Assembly: GCF_001194135.2 (NCBI RefSeq)
Contig: NC_068992.1
Location: 59,330,297 to 59,369,490, forward strand
DNA from: Octopus bimaculoides
Taxonomy: Eukaryota
Direction: 5' to 3'
DNA length: 39,194 nt
Shown here piece by piece: positions 22,733-33,569 of this stretch. The first letter of the stretch is position 1. Each line of letters starts with the position of its first letter. Made by a program: the position numbers and the translations under genes. The notes beneath the pieces are model-generated. The model did not search any database. It was not told the origin of the DNA and was given only the letters and a program-made list of their open reading frames with translations.

Positions 22733-22900
22733 AAGTTTTTGTTTTTATTCTCTCTCTGTTTAATTCCTCGTGTTCCTTTCTGTCGAAGAGCGTAGGCTTG
22801 AAACATAAAAGACTTTCTCACCTTCCCGAGTGTCAAACTAATACACCTGCTTGTTATTTATACACCTGTCTTCGTCTTTTGTTTTTCTGTAAAATTTCAA
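22733..22900 (+). mobile_element. Penelope-like terminal-repeat fragment with degenerate hammerhead motif
   Basis: cttt-CTGTCGA-a-gagc-gtag-gctt-GAAAC-ata-aaag at 22776-22811 has the layout of the minimal type I hammerheads described in Penelope-like elements. Confidence 0.5.
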
Positions 22901-23535
22901 ATGTGTGCGCGTGTGTGTGTATATATAGAATCTTCTAATCTTTTATCTTTTCTACTGTCTGTTTTGGAATGGTTTCTATGGATGGAGATTCTTCCCTAAC
23001 ACCAACCACTTTACAGAGTGTACTGGCTGATTTTTTACATGGCACCAGCACTAGCAATGCCTGTGTGTGAGTATTTGTGTGGATGGATGGACAGATGCAT
23101 GCCTGCACACACACACATACACACACACATAGACATAGGTACATAGGTACATAGGTAGATATATATCTTTTATCTTTTACTCCACTCGGTCATTAGACTG
23201 CGACTATGTTCGGGCACAGCTTGAAGAATTTTAGTCAAGCAAGTAGACCCACTTTTTAAAAAAAATCTTGGTACCTATTCTATCAAGGATGTAAACATAC
23301 TAACACCAGTTGTGAAGTGCTGGTGGGAAATAAACACACACACACACATAAATATATTGAGTTTGTAAGAAAGTAATTTCATTTTTCGCAAATAGAGTTA
23401 CAATTTTTTTGAATGACTTTTGTCAATGTTATGATTTTTTCCTTTTGGCATTTGATAGACATTACTTTTAGCTTATTTTAGAAGCAAATTGGGTGTAATT
23501 TTGTTTACAGCTGTTAGTTCAGTGTCAATTTTACC

Positions 23536-24782
23536 ATGGAGTGCAAAAATGAACATCTTCGCCATATTTTTCTTTTTCATTTCCATAAAAGCAAGAAAGC
23601 TACAGGCACTCACAAAAACATGTGAAGTTTATGGTGTTGATTGTTTAACAGAACACACATGTCAGAAATGGTTTTAAAAATTCCCTTCTAGAGATTTTTC
23701 ACTCAAAGATGACCAACATCCTGGTCGACCTACTGAAGTTGATGATGACCGAATCAAAGTCATAATTAAATTTGATTGTCATATAACTGTGCAAGAGATT
23801 ATCGAGGGGGTAAATGTATCACACACAACAATTGAAAATCACTTAAAATGTTTTGAACTCATGAAGAAGCTTGATATATGGGTTCCACATAATTTCTTTT
23901 CTACTCTAGGCACAAGGCCCAAAATTTTAGGGGAGGGGGCCAGTTGATTAGATCAACCCCAGTATGCAACTGGTACTTAATTTATTGACCCTGAATGGAT
24001 GAAAGGCAAAGTCGACCACAGTGGAATTTGAACTCAGAATGTAAAGACAGACAAAATACCACTAAGCATTTCGCCTGGCATAACGTTTCTGCTGCCTTGG
24101 TTTCTACATAAATTGAAAGAGATTCACTTAACACAATGAATCAATATTTGCGATATGCATCTCAAACGCAATGAAATCAACCTTCATTTGAAATGAATCA
24201 TCACTGGTGATGAAAAATGGATAGTTTACAAAAAAATGTCAATCGAAAACGATCATGGTCCAAGCATAATGAACCAGCACAAACTACATTGAAAGCTGAA
24301 TTGCATCCAAAAAAGGTCATGCTGTCAATTTGGTGAGATTACAAAGGTGTTGTGTATTTTGAGCTGCTTCCAAGGAACCAAATGATCAATTCAGATGTTT
24401 ACTGTCAATAACTAATGAAACTGGAGGAAGCAATCAAAGAAAACTGGCCAGAATTTACAAATTGTAAAGGAATCATATTCCACCACGACAACACTAGACC
24501 ACACGTTTTTGCTAACTTGCAAAACATTATTGGAGCTTGATTGATAAGTGATGTCACATCCACCATATAGGTCTGACCTTGCACCATCAGATTACCATTT
24601 ATTACGAAGCTTGCAAAATTCTTTGAATGGTAAAACTTTCAATAATGACGATGACCTGAAATCGCACTTGCTTCAGTTTCTGGATGATAAAGACCAGAAG
24701 TTCTATGAGCATGGAATCATGAAGTTGCCAGAAAGATGGCAAAAGTTCACTGAAAAAAAATGGAAAATATATAATTGATTAA
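23536..24782 (+). pseudogene. Mariner transposase pseudogene
   Basis: MECKNEHLRHIF..., GRPTEVDDD, LDIWVPH, IITGDEKWIVY, LHPKKVMLSIW, IIFHHDNTRPH, HPPYRSDLAPSDYHLLRSL, KLPERWQK, GKYIID*. Many stops and frameshifts plus a SINE insertion. Confidence 0.9.
23893..24097 (-). mobile_element. SINE family D inserted in the mariner
   Basis: Family D sequence flanked by tgggttccacataa (23879-23892) and tggtttctacataa (24098-24111), a 12/14 target-site duplication. Confidence 0.85.
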
Positions 24783-25133
24783 AGTTCATTCTTTGTATGA
24801 AAAATGTCTTTTATTTCACGCTAAAAAACCAAAATTACCTTCTTGCCAATGTGCGTGTGTGTATTTTTGTATGTGTAACATAATAGTTTAGAAAAAAAAC
24901 ATTGGATTCATATCTAGCATGAACTAGGCATTTCTTCAGTTTCTCTAAATGATAATCATTCTCTGAAAAGAATGCTTTTTTAAACACAAGAACGTCAATG
25001 ACAGTTCAAGAAATATTCTTCTTAAAAAATTATGGCTCAGCGAGTTGTCTTCCTTCACTTGATAGCCAGGTTTTCCAATTTTGAAGTCAAAATTTGAAAA
25101 TGTGGACAACTCCCCACGTGTGCACGTGCGTGC

Positions 25134-25166
<33 letters not shown>

Positions 25167-25184
25167 CATGTATATATATATGTG

Positions 25185-25335
25185 ATTGGCATTTTTTAAC
25201 TTCCATCTGGCAAATACATTCACAAGGCATTGGACAATGTGACACTATAGCAACAGACATTTGCCCAAGAATCTATGCAATGGGACTGAACCTGGAACCA
25301 TGTGGTTGGGAAGCAAGCTTCTTACCACACAGCCT
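25185..25335 (-). mobile_element. SINE family A 5' module, decayed
   Basis: gggactgaacctggaaccatgtggttgggaagcaagcttcttaccacacagcc. Confidence 0.7.
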
Positions 25336-25508
25336 GTATATATATATATATATATATAGCAAATGAAAGATGGAAGATGGAATATACAAGAGTTTATTAT
25401 TACCATTTGCCATATAGATAACGGTTACTCTGAAAGTAATGATGCTTTACCAGTAAACTACCAGTTCAGGTGTAAGCCATGTGTTTTATTATCCATTATA
25501 TATATGTA

Positions 25509-25656
25509 TGGTTGGCGTTAGGAAGGGCATCCAGCTGTAGAAACTCTGCCAAATTAGATTGGAGCCTGGTGTTGCCATCCGGTTTTCACCAGTAATCAGT
25601 CAAATCGTCCAACCCATGCTAGCATGGAAAGCGGACGTTAAACGATGATGATGATG

Positions 25657-25657
<1 letters not shown>
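25509..25657 (+). mobile_element. RTE-type tail element (5'-truncated)
   Basis: Near-identical to 37935-38085. Confidence 0.8.
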
Positions 25658-25713
<56 letters not shown>

Positions 25714-25971
25714 CTTACACACACATGTATATGTGTTATTAATGATACCCTATAGCATATTTGATATATATATATATATACACACACATATACATACATT
25801 AAAACACATACAAAATAAACACACGCATATATATACGCACACACATATACATATTTAAAAACACATACAATATATATATATATATATATCTATATGTGTA
25901 TATATATGTATGTATGTATGTATGTATATACACAGAATATTACAACTATTTTTTTTATATTCATAGTCAAC

Positions 25972-26168
25972 TGTCATAAATATCAACAGTTTTTATTATA
26001 CATACTATTAATATTTATATTTCTATATACATTCTCAATTTGAATATTAATACCTAGAAAAATGCTCCATGCTTCCAACCTTCACAAATATACACCAGTT
26101 CTACTAAAGTCTTGTCTCCAAAATATCAGAGGTCAACTTTAGTTTCATGTGAAAGAAGCTTTTGTATT
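25972..26168. repeat. 197-bp repeat, copy 1
   Basis: 7 substitutions and no indels versus 28865-29061 by manual alignment. Confidence 0.9.
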
Positions 26169-26374
26169 CGGCTTGCTTACTTGATTTCTTCCTGTCTGGA
26201 AATCTAGTGAGTATGTGCTTAAGAAGTTTGCTTCCCAACCACAGTGTTTTGAGTTCAGTCCCAACCTCAAGCCAACCAAAGCCTTGTGAGCAGATTTTGA
26301 AGATGGAAATATGCTTAACCCACACCATATCTATACCCATACTCACACACGTTGGCGGCGGCATCATCATTGTT

Positions 26375-26745
26375 GTTGTTTAATATCCATTTTCCATGCT
26401 GGCATGAGTTGGAGGGTTTGACTGAGGATTGGCAAGCCAAGAGGCTGCACCAGGCTCCAATCTGGTCCAGCAAGGTTTCTACAGCTGGATGCCCTTCCTA
26501 ACACCAACCACTTCGAGAGTATAGTGGGTGCTTTTTACTTTACATACCACCAGCATGGGAGCTAGTTAAGGGGCACTGGCATTGGCCACATTCAGATGGT
26601 GCATTTTACATGCCACCAGCACAGGAGGCATTCAGGGAGCACTGGCATCGACCACATTCACATGGTACATTTTATGTTCCACCGGCACAGGGAGCCAGTC
26701 AGGCGGCACTGCAATTTCACCTGATTCAACAGGTCTTCTCAAGCA
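26375..26745 (-). mobile_element. RTE-type tail element with internal subrepeats
   Basis: ttccatgctggcatgagttgga...ggatgcccttcctaacaccaacc followed by repeated ggtgc-tttt-acatgccacc units. Confidence 0.75.
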
Positions 26746-27610
26746 CATCATACACACACACACACACGTAATTNNNNNNNNNNNNNNNNNNNNNNNNNNN
26801 NNNNNNNNNNNNNNNNNNNNNNNNNNNNNNNNNNNNNNNNNNNNNNNNNNNNNNNNNNNNNNNNNNNNNNNNNNNNNNNNNNNNNNNNNNNNNNNNNNNN
26901 NNNNNNNNNNNNNNNNNNNNNNNNNNNNNNNNNNNNNNNNNNNNNNNNNNNNNNNNNNNNNNNNNNNNNNNNNNNNNNNNNNNNNNNNNNNNNNNNNNNN
27001 NNNNNNNNNNNNNNNNNNNNNNNNNNNNNNNNNNNNNNNNNNNNNNNNNNNNNNNNNNNNNNNNNNNNNNNNNNNNNNNNNNNNNNNNNNNNNNNNNNNN
27101 NNNNNNNNNNNNNNNNNNNNNNNNNNNNNNNNNNNNNNNNNNNNNNNNNNNNNNNNNNNNNNNNNNNNNNNNNNNNNNNNNNNNNNNNNNNNNNNNNNNN
27201 NNNNNNNNNNNNNNNNNNNNNNNNNNNNNNNNNNNNNNNNNNNNNNNNNNNNNNNNNNNNNNNNNNNNNNNNNNNNNNNNNNNNNNNNNNNNNNNNNNNN
27301 NNNNNNNNNNNNNNNNNNNNNNNNNNNNNNNNNNNNNNNNNNNNNNNNNNNNNNNNNNNNNNNNNNNNNNNNNNNNNNNNNNNNNNNNNNNNNNNNNNNN
27401 NNNNNNNNNNNNNNNNNNNNNNNNNNNNNNNNNNNNNNNNNNNNNNNNNNNNNNNNNNNNNNNNNNNNNNNNNNNNNNNNNNNNNNNNNNNNNNNNNNNN
27501 NNNNNNNNNNNNNNNNNNNNNNNNNNNNNNNNNNNNNNNNNNNNCTACAATTTCCATTTGATTTATACTCTTATATATATATAAATAGCTCCAATGTAGA
27601 ATGTAGAATG

Positions 27611-27658
<48 letters not shown>

Positions 27659-28224
27659 TGTGTGTATGTGTGTGTGTGTGTATCAATGAGATTGATGAGA
27701 GGCTGAATACCTTGGAGGTATATTGCAGATAGTGGGTACAGAGTGATCCAAGATCTGCTAATTGTTATGGAGCCAAATTTTCCAGGGCCACCAAGAGTAC
27801 ACTGGATGCTGCCCAAGACAAGGTGCTCAACATGCACCATATCCATATCTCCAGACAAGCCATTTCAATGGAAAGAACTCTTCCTGGGGTTCCCAGAAAA
27901 TCCTCCAGGCTTGCTTACATTGCCACCGCTTTTCATGACCGCCGGCTTCAATGATGAACATGCAAGAAACATGTCGCATTCCCACCACTGGAGGGGTACT
28001 CTTTGAATTTGGGTTCAGGAATAGTAACCCAACTCCCTTTTGAAGCAAGACTGGTCTCATTTCAGTACATATTTAACTGCAACAACAATGGATCCAGCAC
28101 CTTTCGTGGAAGCTTTTACTTGCTTCTTAGGACCATCTGACCCATACTCGATCCCTTTGGCATGGAACTTTTCTCCACTTCGGTCTTCAAAGGTTTTTTT
28201 CCAAATATTGATGATGATGATATA

Positions 28225-28400
28225 TAGGCACAGACAAGGTGGTGTAGTTAAGAAGCTTGCTTCCCAAGCATGTGTGGTTTGGGGTTCAATCCTACTGCAT
28301 GGCACCTTAGGCAAGAGTCTTCTACTATGGCCTTAGGCTGACCAATGCCTTGTGAGTGAATTTGGTTGGTGGAAACTAGGTGGCAGCCTGTAGTATATAG
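28225..28400 (+). mobile_element. SINE family A 5' module
   Basis: ggtgtagttaagaagcttgcttcccaagcatgtg...ggttcaatcctactgcatggcaccttaggcaagagtcttctact. Confidence 0.7.
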
Positions 28401-28481
28401 AGATATGTATATGTGTATGTTTCTATGTGCTTTTATCTTTTTCCACTGATTGACAGCCAGTGATGGTTTATTTACATCCAA

Positions 28482-28513
<32 letters not shown>

Positions 28514-28864
28514 ATTTAATTCTAATTCTTTGCATCTTAATATGGCACTAGTAATTTACCCTGAATGTCAAAAGTATATTAACACATTGTGGGTACTTTT
28601 AGCTAGTCCTTAAAAAAAAATCCCATAGTTGGATATCTCTCTCTCTCTCACTTTTTCTCTTCTCTTTCTTTTTCTCTAGATATTTCAAAATTTGTTAAAC
28701 GTCTGAAAATAATTATTTCCTTCTTGTATTTTTTTTATTAACAACTTCCTATTTCCAATCTCACCACCACCATTATTATTATTATTATCATCATTATTAT
28801 TATTATTATTATTATTATTGGTGCTATTTTTTTTTTTTTTTTTTTTTTCATATTCGTTTCTAAA

Positions 28865-29061
28865 TGTCATAAATATCAACAGTTTTTATTATACATACTA
28901 TTAATATTTATATTTTTATATACATTCTTGATTTGAATATTAATACCTAGAAAAATTCTCTATGCTTCCAACCTTCACAAATATACACCAGTTCTACTAA
29001 AATCTTGTCCCCAAAATATCAGAGGTCAACTTTAGTTTCATGTGAAAGAAGCTTTTGTATT
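28865..29061. repeat. 197-bp repeat, copy 2
   Basis: See 25972-26168. Confidence 0.9.
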
Positions 29062-29450
29062 TTAGTTATTTATTGCTTTTATTGTTGTTTTTGTTCTTCA
29101 TTTTTTTTTCTGAAATCTTGCTTAGCTTTCCTCTGCCAAATAACCAGATTCTCTGTGTATTTTACAATTATAATATATGCACACACATACATACGTACAC
29201 ATATATGCATATAAGCACACACTCACACACATGCATATATATATATATACACATACATACATACACATATGCACACACTTGCACACACACACACACACAC
29301 AAACAAACAAGTGCACACATGCTCACACACTCATATATACATAAATACATATATATATATATACACATACACACATAGACACACACACTTTTATATACAC
29401 AAATACATATATACAAACAATTTTATACATACAAACACACATAGACACAG

Positions 29451-29537
<87 letters not shown>

Positions 29538-29924
29538 TATATAATTTAATAATAGGATAAATTCTTTGCAAGAATTTATCAAGTAGTTAGCGTGATATAT
29601 ATGTTTACTCTCATACACATGCATGCACACATATACACATATCTTTATAAAAATATAAGTAAAAATCAGAGCTTGAGAAAAATGTTAACCTTCCTCTGAG
29701 AAAGAGCTCAATCTCAAAATATTAAGGATTTACATCAGCTGAAATAGAAATATATTTGAGATGTGCAAACTTCATGCAGGGACGCTGTCAATACTTCAAG
29801 GTTTGAACTTGTCACACGCACTGGATGATACTGGGTGCCCCTGGGACCACATTAGTCCTTTCACAATCAAATATTTTTGTTGAAATCCACTGCTTTGTTT
29901 CAATTAATTTTGAAAATACTCTTT

Positions 29925-30215
29925 ACTCTTTACTTTCTCTTTACTCTTTTACTTGTTTCAGTCCTTTGACTGCGGCCATGCTGGAGCACCGCCTTTAGTC
30001 GAACAAATCGACCCCAGGACTTATTCTTTGTAAGCCTAGTACTTATTCTATCGGCGTCTTTTGCCGAACCGCTAAGTTACGGGGACATAAACACACCAGC
30101 ATCGGTTGTCAAGCGATGTTGGGGGGACAAACACAGACACACAAACATATGTTACGGGGACATAAACACACCAGCATCGGTTGTCAACTGATGTTGGGGG
30201 GACAAACACAGACAC
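29925..30215 (-). mobile_element. SINE family A 3' module with internal 75-bp tandem duplication
   Basis: 30076-30150 is repeated at 30151-30215; (ttactct)n tail. Confidence 0.85.
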
Positions 30216-30225
30216 ATATATATAC

Positions 30226-30264
<39 letters not shown>

Positions 30265-30265
<1 letters not shown>

Positions 30266-30780
30266 CAACCATCATAAATCCACCCCTATTCACCCATTCA
30301 CCCATCCATCCACCCACCCCTAATCACCCATCCATCCATATATCCATCCTGTTTACCCATCCATCCTTCCACACATCTTTCTACCCACCCATCTAATCAT
30401 TCAACATTTCAACCATCATAAATCTACCCTTATTTACCCATTCATCCACCCATCCACTTATCTTTCTACCCACCCTTCTAATCATCCAACATTTCAACCA
30501 TCATAAATCCACCCCTATTCACCCATCCATCCACCCACTCCTATTCACCCATCCATCCTTCCACCCACTTATTTAATCATCCAACATTTCAACCATCATA
30601 AATCTACCCTTATTCACCCGTCCATGCATGCATCCATTCATATATCCATCCATCCTCTCACCTACTGTCCACCCATTATCTCAAATCTACCCCCAATTTA
30701 CCCATCTATCTATCCATCCATCCTTCTACCTACCTACCTTCCATCATCCTACCTACCCACCCACTCCTATCCACCTACCA
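30265..30780. repeat. (CCAT/CCAC)-based minisatellite with a recurrent landmark unit
   Basis: caaccatcataaatc(c/t)accc(c/t)tatt(c/t)accc starts at 30266, 30410, 30495 and 30590. Confidence 0.85.
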
Positions 30781-31177
30781 ATTCTCTTAGCTGAAATTGT
30801 TACTTAACAAATTCTTCAGTTTTATTTGAAGAATTAAGCTGTTTCTGTAATTCCAATTCCATTAATTTATTTAACGAGTTTAGCAATAATTTAGACTTGA
30901 ATAACTCTGCAATTTTGCTAATTCTTTCTCTTTCTTTCATTTCTTTGTTTATTCGTTTACTTTGTGTAATTAAATCAACACAGCTTAATTAAGTTGTTGT
31001 TGTTGTTGTTTAACCCCAGGATAGCACCAGTCCATTGCACTTATGATCAGAGCAATTTTAACCACAGCCATCTTGTCTTTCTGTGTCTCAGGAACTACTT
31101 TATCTTGAGTACCCAGCCACCATCTGAGGGGTATAGGTTCAAGTTATGTAGCTGCCTGCTGGCAACATTTTAGTGAA

Positions 31178-31495
31178 GGTGGATGGTTCAGTGATTAGAG
31201 CTTCGGGCTCACAATCATGAGGTAGGGAGTTCAATTCCCAGATCAGGCTGTGTGCTGTATTCTTGAGCAAAACACTTCATTTCACGGTGCTCCAGTTCAC
31301 ACTCAGCTGTAGAAATAAGTTGTAATGTCACTGGTGCCAAGCTGTATCGACCCCTTTGCCTTTCCCTAGAATAACATCGCTGGCCTAGAGACGGGATGCT
31401 GGTATGCATGGGCAACTGCTGGTCTTCTATAAACAACCTTGCCTGGACTTGTGCCTCTAAGTGCAATCCCATGGTCATTTGTGACCAAAGGGGAG
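31178..31495 (+). mobile_element. SINE family B
   Basis: Homologous to 384-715; B box GAGTTCAATTCCC. Confidence 0.75.
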
Positions 31496-31599
31496 TTTTT
31501 ACCCTTTATACACACACACACACACAAACACACTCACACACACATATATTAATGTTTCTATGTCAAGTTATATAATATACATAACTTAATATGTATATT

Positions 31600-31735
31600 A
31601 AGGAAGGGCATCCAGCTGTAGAAACTCTGCCAAATCAGATTGGAGGCTGGTGTTGGCATCCGGTTTCACCAGTCCTCAGTCAAATCATCCAACCCATGCT
31701 AGCATGGAAAGCGGACGTTAAACGATGATGATGAT
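31600..31735 (+). mobile_element. RTE-type tail element (5'-truncated)
   Basis: taaggaagggcatccagctgtagaaactctgcc...cggacgttaaacgatgatgatgatg. Confidence 0.8.
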
Positions 31736-32460
31736 GAAACTTAAGGATTACACATTTGTAGAGTACATGCAAAGTACATGCTTATGTAACTTTTGCAAGG
31801 AAAAGATCGACAGTGACTTTGAAGTCTCTGCTTACTTTCCTTTTTCAGATTATATGCACGCACATACACACACATCTTTATTCTTAATCATTTCGGTACC
31901 AACCCACCTGAAAGTCCTCTGAAGTTACCTTAGAGTATAAGTTGACCTACATTTATTTAATAGTTAATTCTGGTCGGAAAATTTGAGTTATATGTGGGAA
32001 AACACAGTATAAACCCCAAAGAAATGGAAAACAGAGTTGATTCAAATCTGGTCACATTGGAGTTTGGTATACCGACAAACCAAAGCAGTAACATTTATTA
32101 TATTCATAAAACAAAAGAAGAGAAAAACACAGTAAATACAAGAGCAATTCCACTGCTGTTTACCAACCCAAAACCTCTACCACTCACCAAACACCCTTCT
32201 GTGCACCCGTCACTATATTATCAAGGTTAAATACATATAGTTCTTTATTTCTTTGTTTTTTTTTTAATGACTGTTATTCAATTTTCATTTTATAGTATTA
32301 TTATATCTTTGATAAAATGAAAAGTTAATTGCATATACAAGAGATCAAATTCCATTCCCAATGTCTTTTTATGCTGTTGTATTAGTGACCTTGCTGAGAT
32401 TGTGCGAGGAGTTTGTAACTAAAATAATGAGGGTGAATATATGTATGTGTGTGTAGATTT

Positions 32461-32507
<47 letters not shown>

Positions 32508-32810
32508 NNNNNNNNNNNNNNNNNNNNNNNNNNNNNNNNNNNNNNNNNNNNNNNNNNNNNNNNNNNNNNNNNNNNNNNNNNNNNNNNNNNNNNNNNNNNN
32601 NNNNNNNNNNNNNNNNNNNNNNNNNNNNNNNNNNNNNNNNNNNNNNNNNNNNNNNNNNNNNNNNNNNNNNNNNNNNNNNNNNNNNNNNNNNNNNNNNNNN
32701 NNNNNNNNNNNNNNNNNNNNNNNNNNNNNNNNNNNNNNNNNNNNNNNNNNNNNNNNNNNNNNNNNNNNNNNNNNNNNNNNNNNNNNNNNNNNNNNNNNNN
32801 NNNNNNNNNN

Positions 32811-32862
<52 letters not shown>

Positions 32863-33533
32863 TATATATATATACACATATATACACACTAGACTACCCG
32901 TGTCCCATTGGGTCACCAGGAAAGTCTGCGCTTCCCAACAATGGAGCTTTGTTTTGTGGGGTTTTTTACCAGGTTATTTCGCATGCTTTCAACAAATCGA
33001 AATCATGGGTAAATGGCTCCTTTCCCCAGAAAAGGAAAGATTTGTTTGTCTGTTTGTCTCCTACCACCACTTGTCAAAACAGTGTTGGTTTATTTACATC
33101 CCCATAACTTAGTGGTTCGAAATAAGAGATCAATAGAACAAGTAACAGGCTTTAAAAGAACAAGTACTGGAGTAAATTCATTCAACTAAAAAAAGAAAGA
33201 AAATATATTAACACAGTGCCCCAGCATGGCCACAGACCAATGGCTTAAACAAGTAAAAAGTTTCCAATTACGAAATCGCCCACTGCCTCTGTGTTTTCAG
33301 AGATGTGTGAAATAAGGGAGTCCTTACATGAAAAACATGCAAGTGTTAGCAACAGGAAGAGAATCCAGCTGTAAAATAATACCTCAACATATCCACCTAA
33401 CTCATACTAGGATGGGGCCTTGGACATAAAAATGTAGGTTTTCCAAAACCTGTACACAAATCCAAAATCATCAGCTGTTCGCTTCTACTCACTACTAGAT
33501 AGAATTGCTGCAGGCAAATATTGGACTGCTTAC

Positions 33534-33569
33534 TGCTGGTGGATGAGGACACTCTTCACCATTTCACTT
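33534..33569 (-). CDS. Candidate 36-nt exon (SEMVKSVLIHQ)
   Basis: Acceptor tttttctcttcataactttttttacag, donor GCA|gtaagc. One open frame (phase 2 to 2) containing GAAATGG. Confidence 0.3.

Larger units (their letters stand above)
23357..24849 (+). mobile_element. Mariner (DD34D-type) transposon, near full length, inactive
   Basis: Left TIR (TA)ttgagtttgtaagaaagtaatttcattttt. Right TIR reverse complement ttggcaagaaggtaattttggttttt, with its last bases lost to a (TG)n run. Confidence 0.85.

Noticed and set aside
29688-29740. Minus-strand exon-like segment after tatttcag
   Set aside because: Stops in all frames and a weak donor.
30265-30780. CRISPR-like appearance (conserved unit plus variable spacer); also the 13-bp array at 1525
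   Set aside because: Spacers are low-complexity and related to each other, the context is eukaryotic, and there are no cas genes.
31745-31850. C1-domain-like peptide YTFVEYMQSTCLCNFCKEKI
   Set aside because: Second Cys pair and His are missing, there are no splice sites, and it is continuous with a repeat tail.
31925-32012. Possible pogo-like MITE remnant
   Set aside because: Only one convincing TIR-like end.
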